Positions 1 to 11,158 of a stretch of 49,760 bases of DNA are shown here, one piece after another (positions within the stretch are counted from its first letter, which is position 1; each line of letters starts with the position of its first letter). The DNA lies in assembly GCA_001724245.1 (NCBI GenBank), contig MEDX01000078.1:1-49760 (forward strand), written 5' to 3'. The notes beneath the pieces are model-generated. The model was not told where the DNA came from. It saw nothing but the letters and a program-made list of their open reading frames with translations, and did no database searches. The stretch comes from Fonticula-like sp. SCN 57-25 (Eukaryota). The translations under genes were made by a program, and so were the position numbers.

Positions 1-2464
1 TGGACTGGGTGTGGCGAGTGTGGGGCTACAAGGACCCCACTGCGGCGAACGCCGCCGACGACGATTTTGAAATTATTCAGTCCGACACAGCAGAGTGCGT
101 TTTCCTTTGCTCTCTAGCGTGGTTAACCGACTGCATCCATGTAGCACGCCTGTCGGCCTGGCACAGAGCAGCCTGATTGTGGGCGACCCGCTGGAGGCGC
201 GGCCACCCAAGGCAAAGCACGTAGTGTTCTTGACGATAGGTTCGCGGGGCGACGTCCAGCCGTTCATTGCTTTTGGGCGGCATCTGCTTCAATTCGGCCA
301 TACGGTCACGATTGCGACGCATGCCGTACGACCCGGTCGCCGGTCGCGATCTGCTGCTGACCCGCTTGTAGGAGTACCGCCAGTGGGTGGAAGAGAACGG
401 CATCGGCTTCAGGCCGATCAGCGGTGACCCCGCCGCCCTTATGGTACATTTCCTTTTCTTTTTTCTCGCGCTGCTTGATGCACATGCTGACGGGATGCCG
501 CAGCAACTTTGCATTCAGAATGGGATGTTTACCGTATCGTTCATTCGCGAGGCGTTCCAGAGGGTACGCTTACTCTTTTACCATGTACACTATCTAATAT
601 TATTTCTAGTTTGACACGTTTATCACCGGTTTGCTCGAGTCATCCTGGGCCGCGTGCCGGGACGCGGACGTTCTCGTAGCGACCCCTAGCGCCCTGTGCG
701 GCATCCACATAGCCGAGCGCCTTGGTACGTCGCATTTTGGCATCTTTTGCGGGATTTTTTTGTTTCTGTTCTATGGTCGCTGATATTTCGCTAAAGAGGT
801 TCCGTTCTGCTACGCGATGCCGTTCCCGTGGACGCAAACGACTGCCTTCCCCCACCCGATGGCGAGCCCGCACCAATACGCCGCGCGTGTGCCTTTCTTT
901 ACTTTGATGTTTCCTGCTGACGCTTGGAATGTTTCAGAACTGCTGACACGCTACGCCAACGCGGTGACGCAGGGCAACGTGAATGCAAAGTCGTACGCGC
1001 TGATTGACGCGCTGCTGTGGTACGCGCTGGCCGACAAGTTCAACCACTGGAGAAAGACGTCGCTCGGACTCGTACGTGACCACCTGGCAGTCTCATTGGC
1101 TAACAGCGTACATAGCCGCCGTGCGCGGGGCCGCCGGACCACCGTGCCGTGCCGATGATCTACCCGATCAGCACGGCGCTGCTGCCCAAGCCGCAAGACT
1201 GGGGCGAGCACATACACATGCCGTACGCGGAGAGAAGGAAAAGGGAAGAAGGAAAGGAAGCTGAGGACGTGTGATACTGTGAGAATAATGTGTGAATATG
1301 GTACATGGTGTTGTGCCTTTTTCGGCGTTTAATTACTGCGCATAGTCTCATGTCAATCACTCTCTATTTGTTTCGCACTTCTAACTTGATCGTAGCGGCT
1401 TTTGGTTTGCCGACGACCCCTCTGCCACGTGGGACGCCCCCCCACGACTCGCCGCCTTTCTCGCTCGCCGCGGCCCCTCGGCGCCGCCCCTCGTGTACAT
1501 TGGCTTTGGCTCCATCGTGGTGGACGACCCCGACGCCTTCCAGGACCTCCTCGTGAGCGCGGTTCGCTCGGCGGGCGTCCGCGCCGTCATCGCGCGCGGC
1601 TGGTCGCGTCGGCGCGTCGGCAGCGCTGACGCTACGCCAGGCCCAGCGGCCGACTCGGCGTCGCTGGCCGCGTCGCGCGAGGGCGGCAGCGAGGTGCTCG
1701 GGGACGCTGCGCTGGAGCGCGCGCTAAAGGACTTTTTGATCGACGAGGAAGAAGACGGGTTTGTCGTCGCGTCGCTCGCGACGGACGAGAGGCGACAGGG
1801 CGCTGATGAAGCTGGCGAAAGTCGAATCGATAGCCACGTTGATAGCCATATCGATAGCCTGATTGGTGGTCATATTGGCGGTCATGGTGATACTCATGGC
1901 CACGGCCACGGTGATAGTGGCGTGGCGTGGCGCGGGGAAGTGGCCGACGAGACGCTCGCAGAGCCCGCGGCGTCGCCCGTGGCCGACCACCCGCCAGCCT
2001 CCGACGACGCCAAGGACACTGACTCTGGTGACATTATCTTTATTGACGCGGCACCGCATGCTTGGCTGTTTGGCCGCGTGGACGCTGTCGTGCACCACGG
2101 CGGGATCGGCACGACGGCGGCCGGGCTGCGGGCGGGCCGGCCGACGGCCATCGCGCCCTTCTTTGGCGACCAGTACTTTTGGGCGCAGCGCGTCGTCAAA
2201 CTTGGCGTGGGCGTCGCGCTCAACCACCTCGATGCGGAAAGCCTGCAGGTCGCGCTCACCGCCATTACGACGGACCGCGGCATGAAGGAACGCGCGGAAG
2301 AGATGGGCCGGCGCATCGCAAAGGAGAATGGACTCAAGGACGCGCGGCTCGCGCTCTACCACGAAATCAACCGCGTCAGGCACAAGCAGCTGCCGAGCGT
2401 GCTCTCGACAGATATCGACAATTCAACAGTTTACCTGGGGCCGCTCCCAAAGAGCGACGCGTAG
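1..2464 (+). CDS. Sterol 3-beta-glucosyltransferase (UGT51/ATG26/UGT80-like, GT1 family), 5'-truncated by the window edge, multi-exon
   Basis: Spliced translation gives hallmark motifs TIGSRGDVQPF, IATH, GFRPISGDP, GIHIAERL, FPWTQTTAFPHP, PKPQDWGEHIHMPGFWF, VYIGFGSIVVDDP, PHAWLF..VDAVVHHGGIGTTAAGLRAGRPTAIAPFFGDQYFW. Inferred GT-AG introns 95-144, 326-371, 444-503, 564-609, 725-797, 887-938, 1072-1114, 1222-1395. Stop TAG 2462-2464. Confidence 0.93.
1830..1920 (+). repeat. Degenerate 12-nt coding tandem repeat (His/Gly/Asp-rich) inside the glucosyltransferase
   Basis: gatagccacgtt gatagccatatc gatagcctgatt ggtggtcatatt ggcggtcatggt gatactcatggc..., encoding DSHVDSHIDSLIGGHIGGHGDTHGHGHGDS. Confidence 0.75.
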
Positions 2465-2662
2465 TGTGTATCATAAGCACCTTTATCGTAAATAATAGCC
2501 ATTTTTTGAAGCAAACCCCATTTTCAGTATCATTCCATCGAGTCTATTCACACAAATACAACTCTTTTAAAACAACGGGCAAATCAGATTACTTACACAG
2601 CAGCAGCAGCATTCCTAGCTAAACGGGCGCGCGCGATTCAACCCCGCGCAGCACCGCCCGCT

Positions 2663-5307
2663 CTACCAGGCGCCGCGGCCCCACGGGGCCTGCGGCTGGC
2701 CGGCCGGGCCCTTGATGGCAAAGCCCGGGGCGATGCCGGCCGCCGGCGCGGCGACCTGCGTGCCAAAGGTGAGCGGGTACGCGGGCGCGGGCAGCACCGG
2801 GGGGACGGCGAGGCGGATCGAGTCCGCCGGGACATCCTCCGAGTTGCCATAGTCCGTGTAGGTCACCGTGTACACGCCCGGCGCAACAACGGCCATGATC
2901 ACCGCGTTGTACCACTCCTTGTCCTCGGAAAAGCACGCCTGGACGACCTGGCCGACCTGGAACTGGGACGCAGTGCCAAAGGAAGGACCGGGGCGCGACG
3001 CGCTCGCGGGCTGCTCCTGCTTGACGGGCTGAGGCGCACCAAAGCGGAGAACCGGCGCGGCCTGCATGGCGGCGGGCGTGGGCGCGGCGGCGGCCGGAAC
3101 GGCAGCGGGGACGGCGGCCGGGGCAGCAGCAGGGGCGGCAGGGGCGGCATCGGCTGCGACGGCCGGCACGCGGATGCGGTCGCGGGGGATCACCTCAGAG
3201 TTGCCGTACTCAATGTACAGAACCTTGTACGTCTCCTGCGGGAGCACCTCCTTGATCTCGGCAGTGTACCACTCATTGTCCTCGGTGAACTGGGCCTGCA
3301 CGATCTGCTGCACACGGAGGGCGGGCTGCGCGGGGGCAGCAGCAGCGGGGGCCGGGGCGGCAGCGGCCGGGGCAGCAAACGGAACGGTCGCGGCGGCAAC
3401 AGCGGGGATCGTGTTGCGCAGCGACGCAGTGGGCGGAAGCGAAGCAACGAGCGACGCCATGTTGGTGAGGCCCTGCGGCGCGGCGGCGGCGGGGTACTGA
3501 GCATCGGCAAAGGCGCTCGACGGCGCCGCGGCGGCAGCGGGCTTGGCGGCAGCAGGCGCAGCGGCGGGGGCAGCGTCAACCAGGCGGATCTCCTCAGCCG
3601 GGAGGTTCTCCGCGTTGCCGTACTCGGTGTACTCGACGAGGTACGTCTTGTCCGCGTTGAAGGCGCGGATGACGGCCTTGTACCACTGGCGGTCCTCGCT
3701 GAAGCGAGCCTCCACAGCGGTGCCGACGGCATACGCGGGCGTAGCGGGGGCGGCGGGCGCCGGGGCGGCAAGGCCGGGTGGCGCAGTGCGAGAGATGGTG
3801 CGCAGGACGCTCTCCGAAAGGCGGCGCTGGAGGTCGTAGCCAACAAAGGTCGCGGTCACAGTGCCGTCGCCGTGGACGGCATCGATCTGGACCATGTACC
3901 ACTCCTGCGTCGACGGCTCGAGGGCCTCGACAAACTGGCCGGGAGTGAACTTAGGGGCGGCCGGGGCGGCGGCCGGAGCGGCCACGGCAGCGGGGGCAGC
4001 GGCAGGGACAACCGGCGCAGCAGCCGGGGCAGCGGCAGGGGCAGCGGCAGGGGCAGCGGCAGGGGCGGCAGCGGGGGTGGCAGTGGGGGCGGCAGTCGGA
4101 GCGGCGGCAGCGGGGGTGGCAGCAGCGGCGGCCTTGCGGATGGCCGACGCAGGCAGAGTCTCCTTGTTGCCATACTCGGTGTAGGTCACATCATACAGCT
4201 TGCCATCGGCGGACACGGCGTCGATGCGCGCCGCGTACCACGTGTTGTCTACGGTGTAGCAGCCCTCGACGGCATCACCCACCTTCCACAGCGCCGCAGC
4301 GATGGCAGCAGCCGGGGCGGCAGCGGCGGCGGCAGGGGCGGCGGTAGGCTGAGCGCTCGGGGCAGAGGAAATCGGCCGCAACGACTCGGCCGTAAGGTCC
4401 TCCTCATTCAGGTACTCGGTATAAACAACGTGGAATTTGGTTCCGTCCTGGCTGACGGCCGTGATCTTGGCCTTGTACCATTGCAAATCCTCTGTAAACA
4501 ACCCCTCGCACAGGTCGCCGACCTTCCACTTTGACTTTTCAGCAACGGGCTTGGACGGAACCAACGACGGGAGCGACACCGGGGCGGGCGCGGCGGCAGT
4601 CGGTGGCGGGGCGTCGGGCTTGCGCGCGCCTCCCCACTTTGACGCCGACGGCAGCTTGGCATCAGGCTTGACTGTAGAGGTGGCCGTAGGAATTTTAGGT
4701 GGCCCACCTGCGGAGCTCTTAGCTGGAGCAGGCTGTGTACGGGGAGCAGCAGGCGCGCTGGACACCGGGGCGGGCTGCGAGGGAGCCCGCGACGAGGTTG
4801 AATTAGACAAGTATTCGGCCGCCTGGTTCAAATCGTTATTAAACCGTTCGAGAGCTCGGCGGGCGCTCTCCGTATCAAAGCCCATATCAAACAGCTGAGC
4901 AACGTTCTTGTCCAACGCCGAAGCAGACGACTTGGAGGTTGACGACGGCGCCGAAGATGCCGACGCGCTCTTTGCAGGGCGCGCAGGCTCCGACGAGGCC
5001 GCCAGCGTGGTGAGATAATTCAATGCATCGTCAAAGTTGTTGTTCTTTGCGACCAATGCCGACTCGGCATCGCTCTGTTTAAAGCCAAAGTCCACCAAGT
5101 GCCCCACCAAGTATTTGTCCGCCACCGGTCCCTGCGGCTAAGAAATGCCGAGACCTGTCAGACACCGCATGCAAAGAGAAAAGCGAAAGGTACCTTTGGT
5201 TTATCCTCAACCACCTGCTTGCTTCCCTTTCCGGAAGCCTTCTTCTGCGACTGTGGAAGGGCGCTATTGCCCTGCAGAGCTTCGAATTGGTTCTTTTTGG
5301 TGGCCAT
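2663..5307 (-). CDS. Protein with two UBA domains and six SMN/TDRD3-type Tudor domains separated by Ala/Pro-rich linkers
   Basis: Exon 1 5307-5194 (MATKKNQFEAL...KPK), intron 5132-5193, then the long ORF. UBA1 LVDFGFKQSDAESAL..NNNFDDALNYL; UBA2 LFDMGFDTESARRAL..NNDLNQAAEYL. Six repeats of VG..x.A.F.ED..WY.A.I......Y.V.Y.EYGN.E......IR. Possible in-frame 42-nt intron 2756-2797. Confidence 0.88.
4017..4075 (-). repeat. 12-nt coding tandem repeat encoding (PAAA)n linker
   Basis: Plus strand gcagcggcaggg repeated about 4-5 times with variants. It translates on the minus strand as PAAAPAAAPAAAPAAAPAAA between Tudor domains 2 and 3. Confidence 0.8.
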
Positions 5308-5680
5308 TGTCTGGCAGACAGGGAAAAGAAAAGGCACACGATGGTGAGCCCACGATAAGAGTTGCGCGCGCGCGCGTACCTCGCCAACGCAAACACCTCT
5401 GTCCAATGCTGAGGTGCGCTCTCTTCAAAAGTATAGCCTCTTTGCTCTCCGCTCTCGTCGCCGCCTCCTTTTTTACCTCGCTTTTCTCACGTGGAGCGCG
5501 CTGGGTCCGGGGGTGTGACGGGGTGGTCGCAAAGCAGTCGGGAAGAAAAAAGCGCTGATCGCTATCATCCATCCTTCCTTGATGGTCATCAGTTGATGCC
5601 TATCAGTTGAGCGATTGATGGCCATCATCATTGTTTGATAAGGGTTCGCCTCAATCCGTGATTGGTCGGTTGCCTGAAAC

Positions 5681-6723
5681 ATGGGACTGTGGGCGGCGGT
5701 CAAGCGCGGCTACGCCGCGTACGTGCGGTGGTTCCGGCTCGATGATGGCACGGTCGAGATGGCAACCAGCTCAAACTTTCTCAAGGAAAAGGTTCACTTT
5801 GCTCTCCGCGTAATTTTGTACGACATTGCCGCTGATCATGCGCGCGCGTTCTAATCCCCGGCCCCGCCCCACATTCCAGGTGCGCCTACATCTTGGCCGC
5901 CTTGGTCACATCCTTGACCGAGAACACGCCGTACTGGATCGTCCTGTTTACTTATCTGAGTTACTCGAACCTTTTGCTTTACTTTCTCGTATGTCGCCCC
6001 CCACTTTGCTCTGTTACTCACGATTTTGCACTCGTCGCCCTGCCTCTCGCCGTCCTAGTTGGTCGTCGGCATCCAGATCTACCGCTTCCGCAAGCCGGAC
6101 AGTCTAAAGTCGAGCCACTTTATCATCCATGTCTGCTGGGTCTGCTTTCAGGTGCGCTTTCCCCTTTTGGGGTTGCGCCATCTAAATTGCGTGCCATATG
6201 ACAGATGGCGCTCGTGGCGCACTTTATCATCCCGATCCTCTACTGGACGCTGCTTGTCCCTGACCTCTCGCTGTTCACGAGCAAGCGCTGGTTTGTTGGC
6301 CTGAGCGTCCACGTGCTGGACTTTGTCATGGTCATCATCGAGTTTGTCTTTTCAAAGTGGCGCGTCGAGTCCCGCCACGTCTTGTACTGCTATGTGCTCG
6401 CGTGGCTCTACATCGTGTTTACGATCCTCTACCACAGCATCTACAACATGTACGAAAGGCCCGGCCGCCCGAGCACGCTTCACTAACACGCGGCCCCGAA
6501 TAGCTTCCCGTACCCGTTCCTCGACTACACCAAGGCTATCAACCTCGCCTTTTACTTTGGCCTCACGACCGCCGTCTTCCCCATCTTTTTCGCATACCAG
6601 TTCTTCCAGCTGGCGCGCGACCGCCAGCTCCGGTGCTGCAGAGGGAACAAGAACGACGACGTTGCCCTCGAGGACGTGGGCAACGCGGCCGAGGAGAAGG
6701 GCAGCGGGTACCCGCAGGTCTGA
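5681..6723 (+). CDS. FAR-17a/AIG1-like (rolling stone-like) multi-pass membrane protein
   Basis: Inferred introns 5818-5879, 5989-6058, 6152-6204, 6450-6503. Spliced protein has FTYLSYSNLLLYF, IIPILYWTLL, SVHVLDFVMVIIEF, LAWLYIVFTILYH, FPYPFLD, the motif series typical of this family. Stop TGA 6721-6723. Confidence 0.75.
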
Positions 6724-7113
6724 GCAGGAAGGGATTTCGTTTATATATGCGCTAGGCTACCAACCATATCAGCATATCATTGATATAGTACCACAATTGT
6801 CAATTCCGCACCGTCAATATAATATCAACCCATGGTGGAAATGCGTCGCTGGCCTGGTCCAATCAGAGAGCTGAAAATCAATGATCGTCCAATCAGGACA
6901 CGCTACGTGTATCTGCGATATGGAGTGCACGCTATTGCTTTTCACTATGTGCCGATACCTTATTTTTTTTATAATATTATGAGTGTGCCGTGCCAGTCAT
7001 GAATAAATTGTTATATCTGTTTATTGAAATAGAGGTAATACGATGGACCGCTAAAAGAGGGATCTACTACTAGCAGCGGAACAGCACTCCTACCAAACTA
7101 CACACCTACCGGC

Positions 7114-10100
7114 CTAGTTGCCGACGGTGATGGCCTTCTTGCCGCGCGTCTCCTTCTCGAGGAGGCGCGAGCAGCGCTGCCACTCCTCCTCAAAGGTAGC
7201 CTTGGAGATCTCGGCATCGCGCTTGTCGAGGAGACCAGTCTCGGCGAGGGAGAGGTCGCACATCTGGGCGTCGTCGCGGCCGGCGATGAGGAGGACCGGG
7301 AGGCCGTCGGCGTGGGTCTCGAGCTGGCGCTTGATGCGCGGGCCCTCAAAGTGGGCCCACCAGAGGCCCTTCTTCTTGACCTGCTTGCCCTTAGCGTTGA
7401 CGATCGGGCGGGTGAACGGCACGCGGAAGAAGCGGTCGCCGGCAATGAGCGAGAGAATCTTGAGGACGGCCGGCGGCGGGGGGGGGATGATGACCTTCTT
7501 GTCGCGGGCCATCGTGGCCTGGCGCTGGAGGCCAGAGGCGGCGGCCGGCGGCGGGCCAACGGTGCGCGGGACGGCGGTCACCATCGGGACAACACGAGGG
7601 GCAACCGAGCGGACCGGGCGCGGGGCCTCGCGGACCTGCTGCATCGGGACGGCGCTCTCCTGGGGAGCCTCGTCGCCCTTGTCGTACTTGGTCTTCCAGC
7701 TGTAGTACGCCTTGAGACGCTTCTGGAACTCGTTGCGGCAAGCCTGGAGCATCTCGACGTCGCTCGACGTGTTGATCGTGTCGCGGAGCTGGGCATAGCT
7801 CCACTTGGACAGATCGTAGACGGCGCCGCTCTCGGTCTCGACAAACTCGACCTGGGGGGTCGGGCCGGCATCGGCACGGAAGTCGACGGCGTCGGTCTGG
7901 TGGTTGTCGCGGGCAAGGCGGGAGGCAAGCTCCTCGTCACGGCGAGCCTGCTCAACGCGCTCGGCCTCCTCGCGGAGAGGGCCCTCGTTCTTGGCGGCTT
8001 CGGCGGCGGCGGCGGCGGCCTGAGCCTCGAGCGACTTCTGAAGAGCATCCTCGTTCTTCTCGGCCTCCTCCAGGCGGCGAACCTCCTCGGCGTAGCGGGC
8101 GCGCTCGGCAGCGGCATCGGCGGCGGCCTTCTTCTCGGCCTCCTCCTCCTCGCGCTGGCGCTTCTCCTCGGCGGCCTTGAGGGCCTCGAGGCGCTGGCGC
8201 TCCTTCTCGGCAGCCTCCTTGGCCTTGCGCTCCTTCTCGGCGGCCTCGCGCTGGCGGGCAAGCTCGATCTCGTGAGCAATGCGGGCCTGCTTGAAGGTCT
8301 CGATCTGGTGAACGAGGTTCTTGCGGGCAATGAGGGCGCGCGAGATGGTCTGGACGGTCACACGGGCCTCCGCGCGGTACTTGATCTTGCCCATAAGACG
8401 CTGGCTCGCGATGGCGGCATACATGGCACGGCGCCAGCGCTTCGAGGTGAGGTAGCGAAGGACCTTGGCGATAAGGACCTTGGACATGGACTCGTCCTGG
8501 CGGGTAATCTCATCGAGAAGGGCGTACTTGCCGGCGCGGAAGAACACCTTGGTGAGACCGAACTGGAAGTCGTTGGCGTTCGAGCCGAGCGAGAAGATAA
8601 GCGCCTCGCAGAAAGTACGGGGCGAAAGAGCCTGGAGCTTCGGGGGAAGGAGAACCTTGTACTGGTCGTACAGCGACTGGAAGTCGGTACGGGACGGGAA
8701 ACCCTTCTGCATGAGCTCTAGGGCCTCAAGCATACCACCGCAGTGGAGCTGCTGGAGAACATCGACACCGTCGAAGAAGTTCGGCACCTGCTTGAAGTTG
8801 GGCTTGACGCAGCGCACGAAGTGAGCGTTGGTGGTCAAAAGCTTGCCCATCAGCTCCTTCATCTGCTTCTTGAACTTGGCACCAACCGAGAAGAAGCTAA
8901 GCTTGCCGGGGGCGGCCTTCTCCTCAGCGGGGATGCTGTCGATGAGCGCCTTGACGAACGGAACCGAGCTGCCAGCGAGCATCGTCTCCATATCAGTGTG
9001 GAGGGCATCGTTGTTCTTGTCGATGAAGAACGCAGTGTTGTAGCACACGGCGCCGGCATAGTGGCGCACGAGGAAGGCCTCGTCGTCCTTCAACTTCTGG
9101 TTGGACTTGAGGGGGGCCTTGCGCGGGCCGCTGAACTTGGGGTGCTTGCCGTGCTTGTCGTGCACGGTGGTGGTGAAGCGCTTGTCGTTGGCCTGAGGCA
9201 TCTTGGTCTCCTCATCGAGAAGGGCAAAGATACCCGTCTTGGGGTCCTCGATGAGCTCGATGGCGTCATCGTTGTTGAGGTACTCAATGGGGTCGACGCG
9301 GATACCTTCCTTGCGGTAGATGTCCTGCTCCTGCTTGAGGACCTTCTCGTTGAAGAAGCCCTGGAGCTTCTCGTTGCAGTAGTTGATGCAGAACTGCTCG
9401 TACGAGTTGTTCTCAAAGTACTCGAAACCGGCAATATCGAGCACACCGATGAACGACGACGAGGAGGTCAGGGGGAGCGAATGGTTGATGCGGGCAACGA
9501 GCCAATCGAAAAGGTTCTTGTAGACGGCCTTGGCGAGAGCATCGCGGGCAGAGAGGGCGTCAACGGCCTTGAGCTCCTTGCGAATAGCAGCGCCCTTACC
9601 GACAGCGGACATCATGCGAGTGGTGAGCGCCTCCTTGAACTTCTCAACGTCGCAGCCGAGCAGGCCAGCGGCAACAGCAGCCGGCTTGTAGGCGCCAGCG
9701 GGGTCCTTGACGACCGAGCCACCAGCGGTGGTGCCCGACGTGGTCTCCTCGAAATCAATGTTACCAATGTGGAGGACAGCGGCGCAGACGCTGAGGGCAC
9801 CGTTGATCTCCTCGTCAGACAGACCAATGGTCTTGAAGGCGCGGAAGGTGTTGTTGAAGTGGGCAACATCATCAAAGCCCTCAACGGTGACGCAGTTGGC
9901 GAGGTAGCGGAAGTCCTTGGCAGGCATGAGAGTGAAGGCAGCCTTCTGCTGGACCGACGCACCGGCGCACAGCTCGTAGAAGATGTGGTAGTTACGCTCG
10001 TCAGCGTTCTGGGTGACGATACGCGACTTCTCGAGGAGGTAGTGGGAGATGGCAGCACCCGACAGCTTGAAGTTGTTGTCGAAGTGGATCTCGGTGAACT

Positions 10101-10987
10101 TACCGAAGCGCGACGAGTTCTTGTTGCGGATGGTCTTGGCGTTACCGAACGACTCGAGCACGGGGTTGGCCTCGAGAATGGTCTCCTCGAGGGAGGAGAG
10201 GTGGCCGTCAACACCGCCGAGGTTGGCAAGGTACTTCATGATGAACTTGCAAGACTCCGTCTTACCAGCACCAGACTCACCAGATACAATGATGGACTGG
10301 GAGAGGGTGGTGGCCTTCATGGCACGGTAAGCGTTGTCCGCCACGGCGTAGATGTGGGGCTCCTCCTGACCGATGGACTTGCCGCGGTACTTGGTGAGGT
10401 ACTGGCCCTCAAAGATCGGGATATCCTTGAAGGGGTTGACGGCAACAAGAATGTGCGCGGTGTAGGTCTGTAAAATGCCCGATGAGCGACACATTCACCC
10501 AACTCAGTCATCACGCACGTAAATCTTGTCCTCCTTGTAGCGGAGGCGCAAGTTGTTGAGGAGCGAACCAGCATGGAGGTACATGAGCTGGGTGTTGTCC
10601 GCAAACGCAGTGTTCACCTGCGACTTGTGAGCCGGCAGAGCCTTGTTGAGCGCCACATGAGTGGAGCCGCTGCCGTTCTAGCAAAACAAGTCAGCCTCGC
10701 TCATTTGAACGCATCGCCCACAACGAACCTTCTTCTCAACGACAAGCTCATTGGCAGCGATGTCGACGATCTCACCAAGGACATAGCCCTCCTACAGCGC
10801 AGAACCACAACATGTCAGTGACAAAACAAGCGACAAAATTAAGCTCCGAGGTCGAGCCGTACAGTGTTGTCCGGAACTAAAAGAAAAAACCAAAGCGTTA
10901 GCAAACTGTGGCAACCGGAGGCAGGCCCGCAGGCCGCCGCGAGCGAGGGGACGTACTCCAGACGAGCTCGCTGGTGATGCCGGCCAT
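7114..10987 (-). CDS. MYO6: Myosin VI (class VI unconventional myosin)
   Basis: P-loop GESGAGKT, NPVLESFGNAKT..N.NSSRFGK, LDIAGFE. Insert-2/IQ region WRRAMY..KIKYRAEAR, E/R/K-rich SAH, MIU-like EQARRDEELASRLA, MyUb YDLSKWSYAQLRDTINTS..EFQKRLKAY, cargo-binding domain KKGLWWAHFEG..MCDLSLAETGL. 5' introns 10877-10956, 10792-10862, 10678-10728, 10468-10518 restore the N-terminus MAGITSELVWIPDNTEGYVLGEIVDI. Confidence 0.95.
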
Positions 10988-11158
10988 TCTTTTCGCCAAG
11001 GGAAAGGAGACCAAAACACACTCTGTTTTTTCCTTTCCCTTTTTCCTCGGTAAAAAGAAAGAAAAACACAGATGTCTCAAAAAGGCAAATTGTTCTCAAT
11101 TGCTATTGGCTGATGGCACATCAGTGCTGCTATACAATTGGTTGGTTTGGTTTGATGG

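Noticed and set aside
7312-10473. Long plus-strand ORFs (469 aa and 576 aa) antisense to myosin VI
   Set aside because: Shadow ORFs caused by strong GC3 codon bias on the coding strand; no recognisable motifs.
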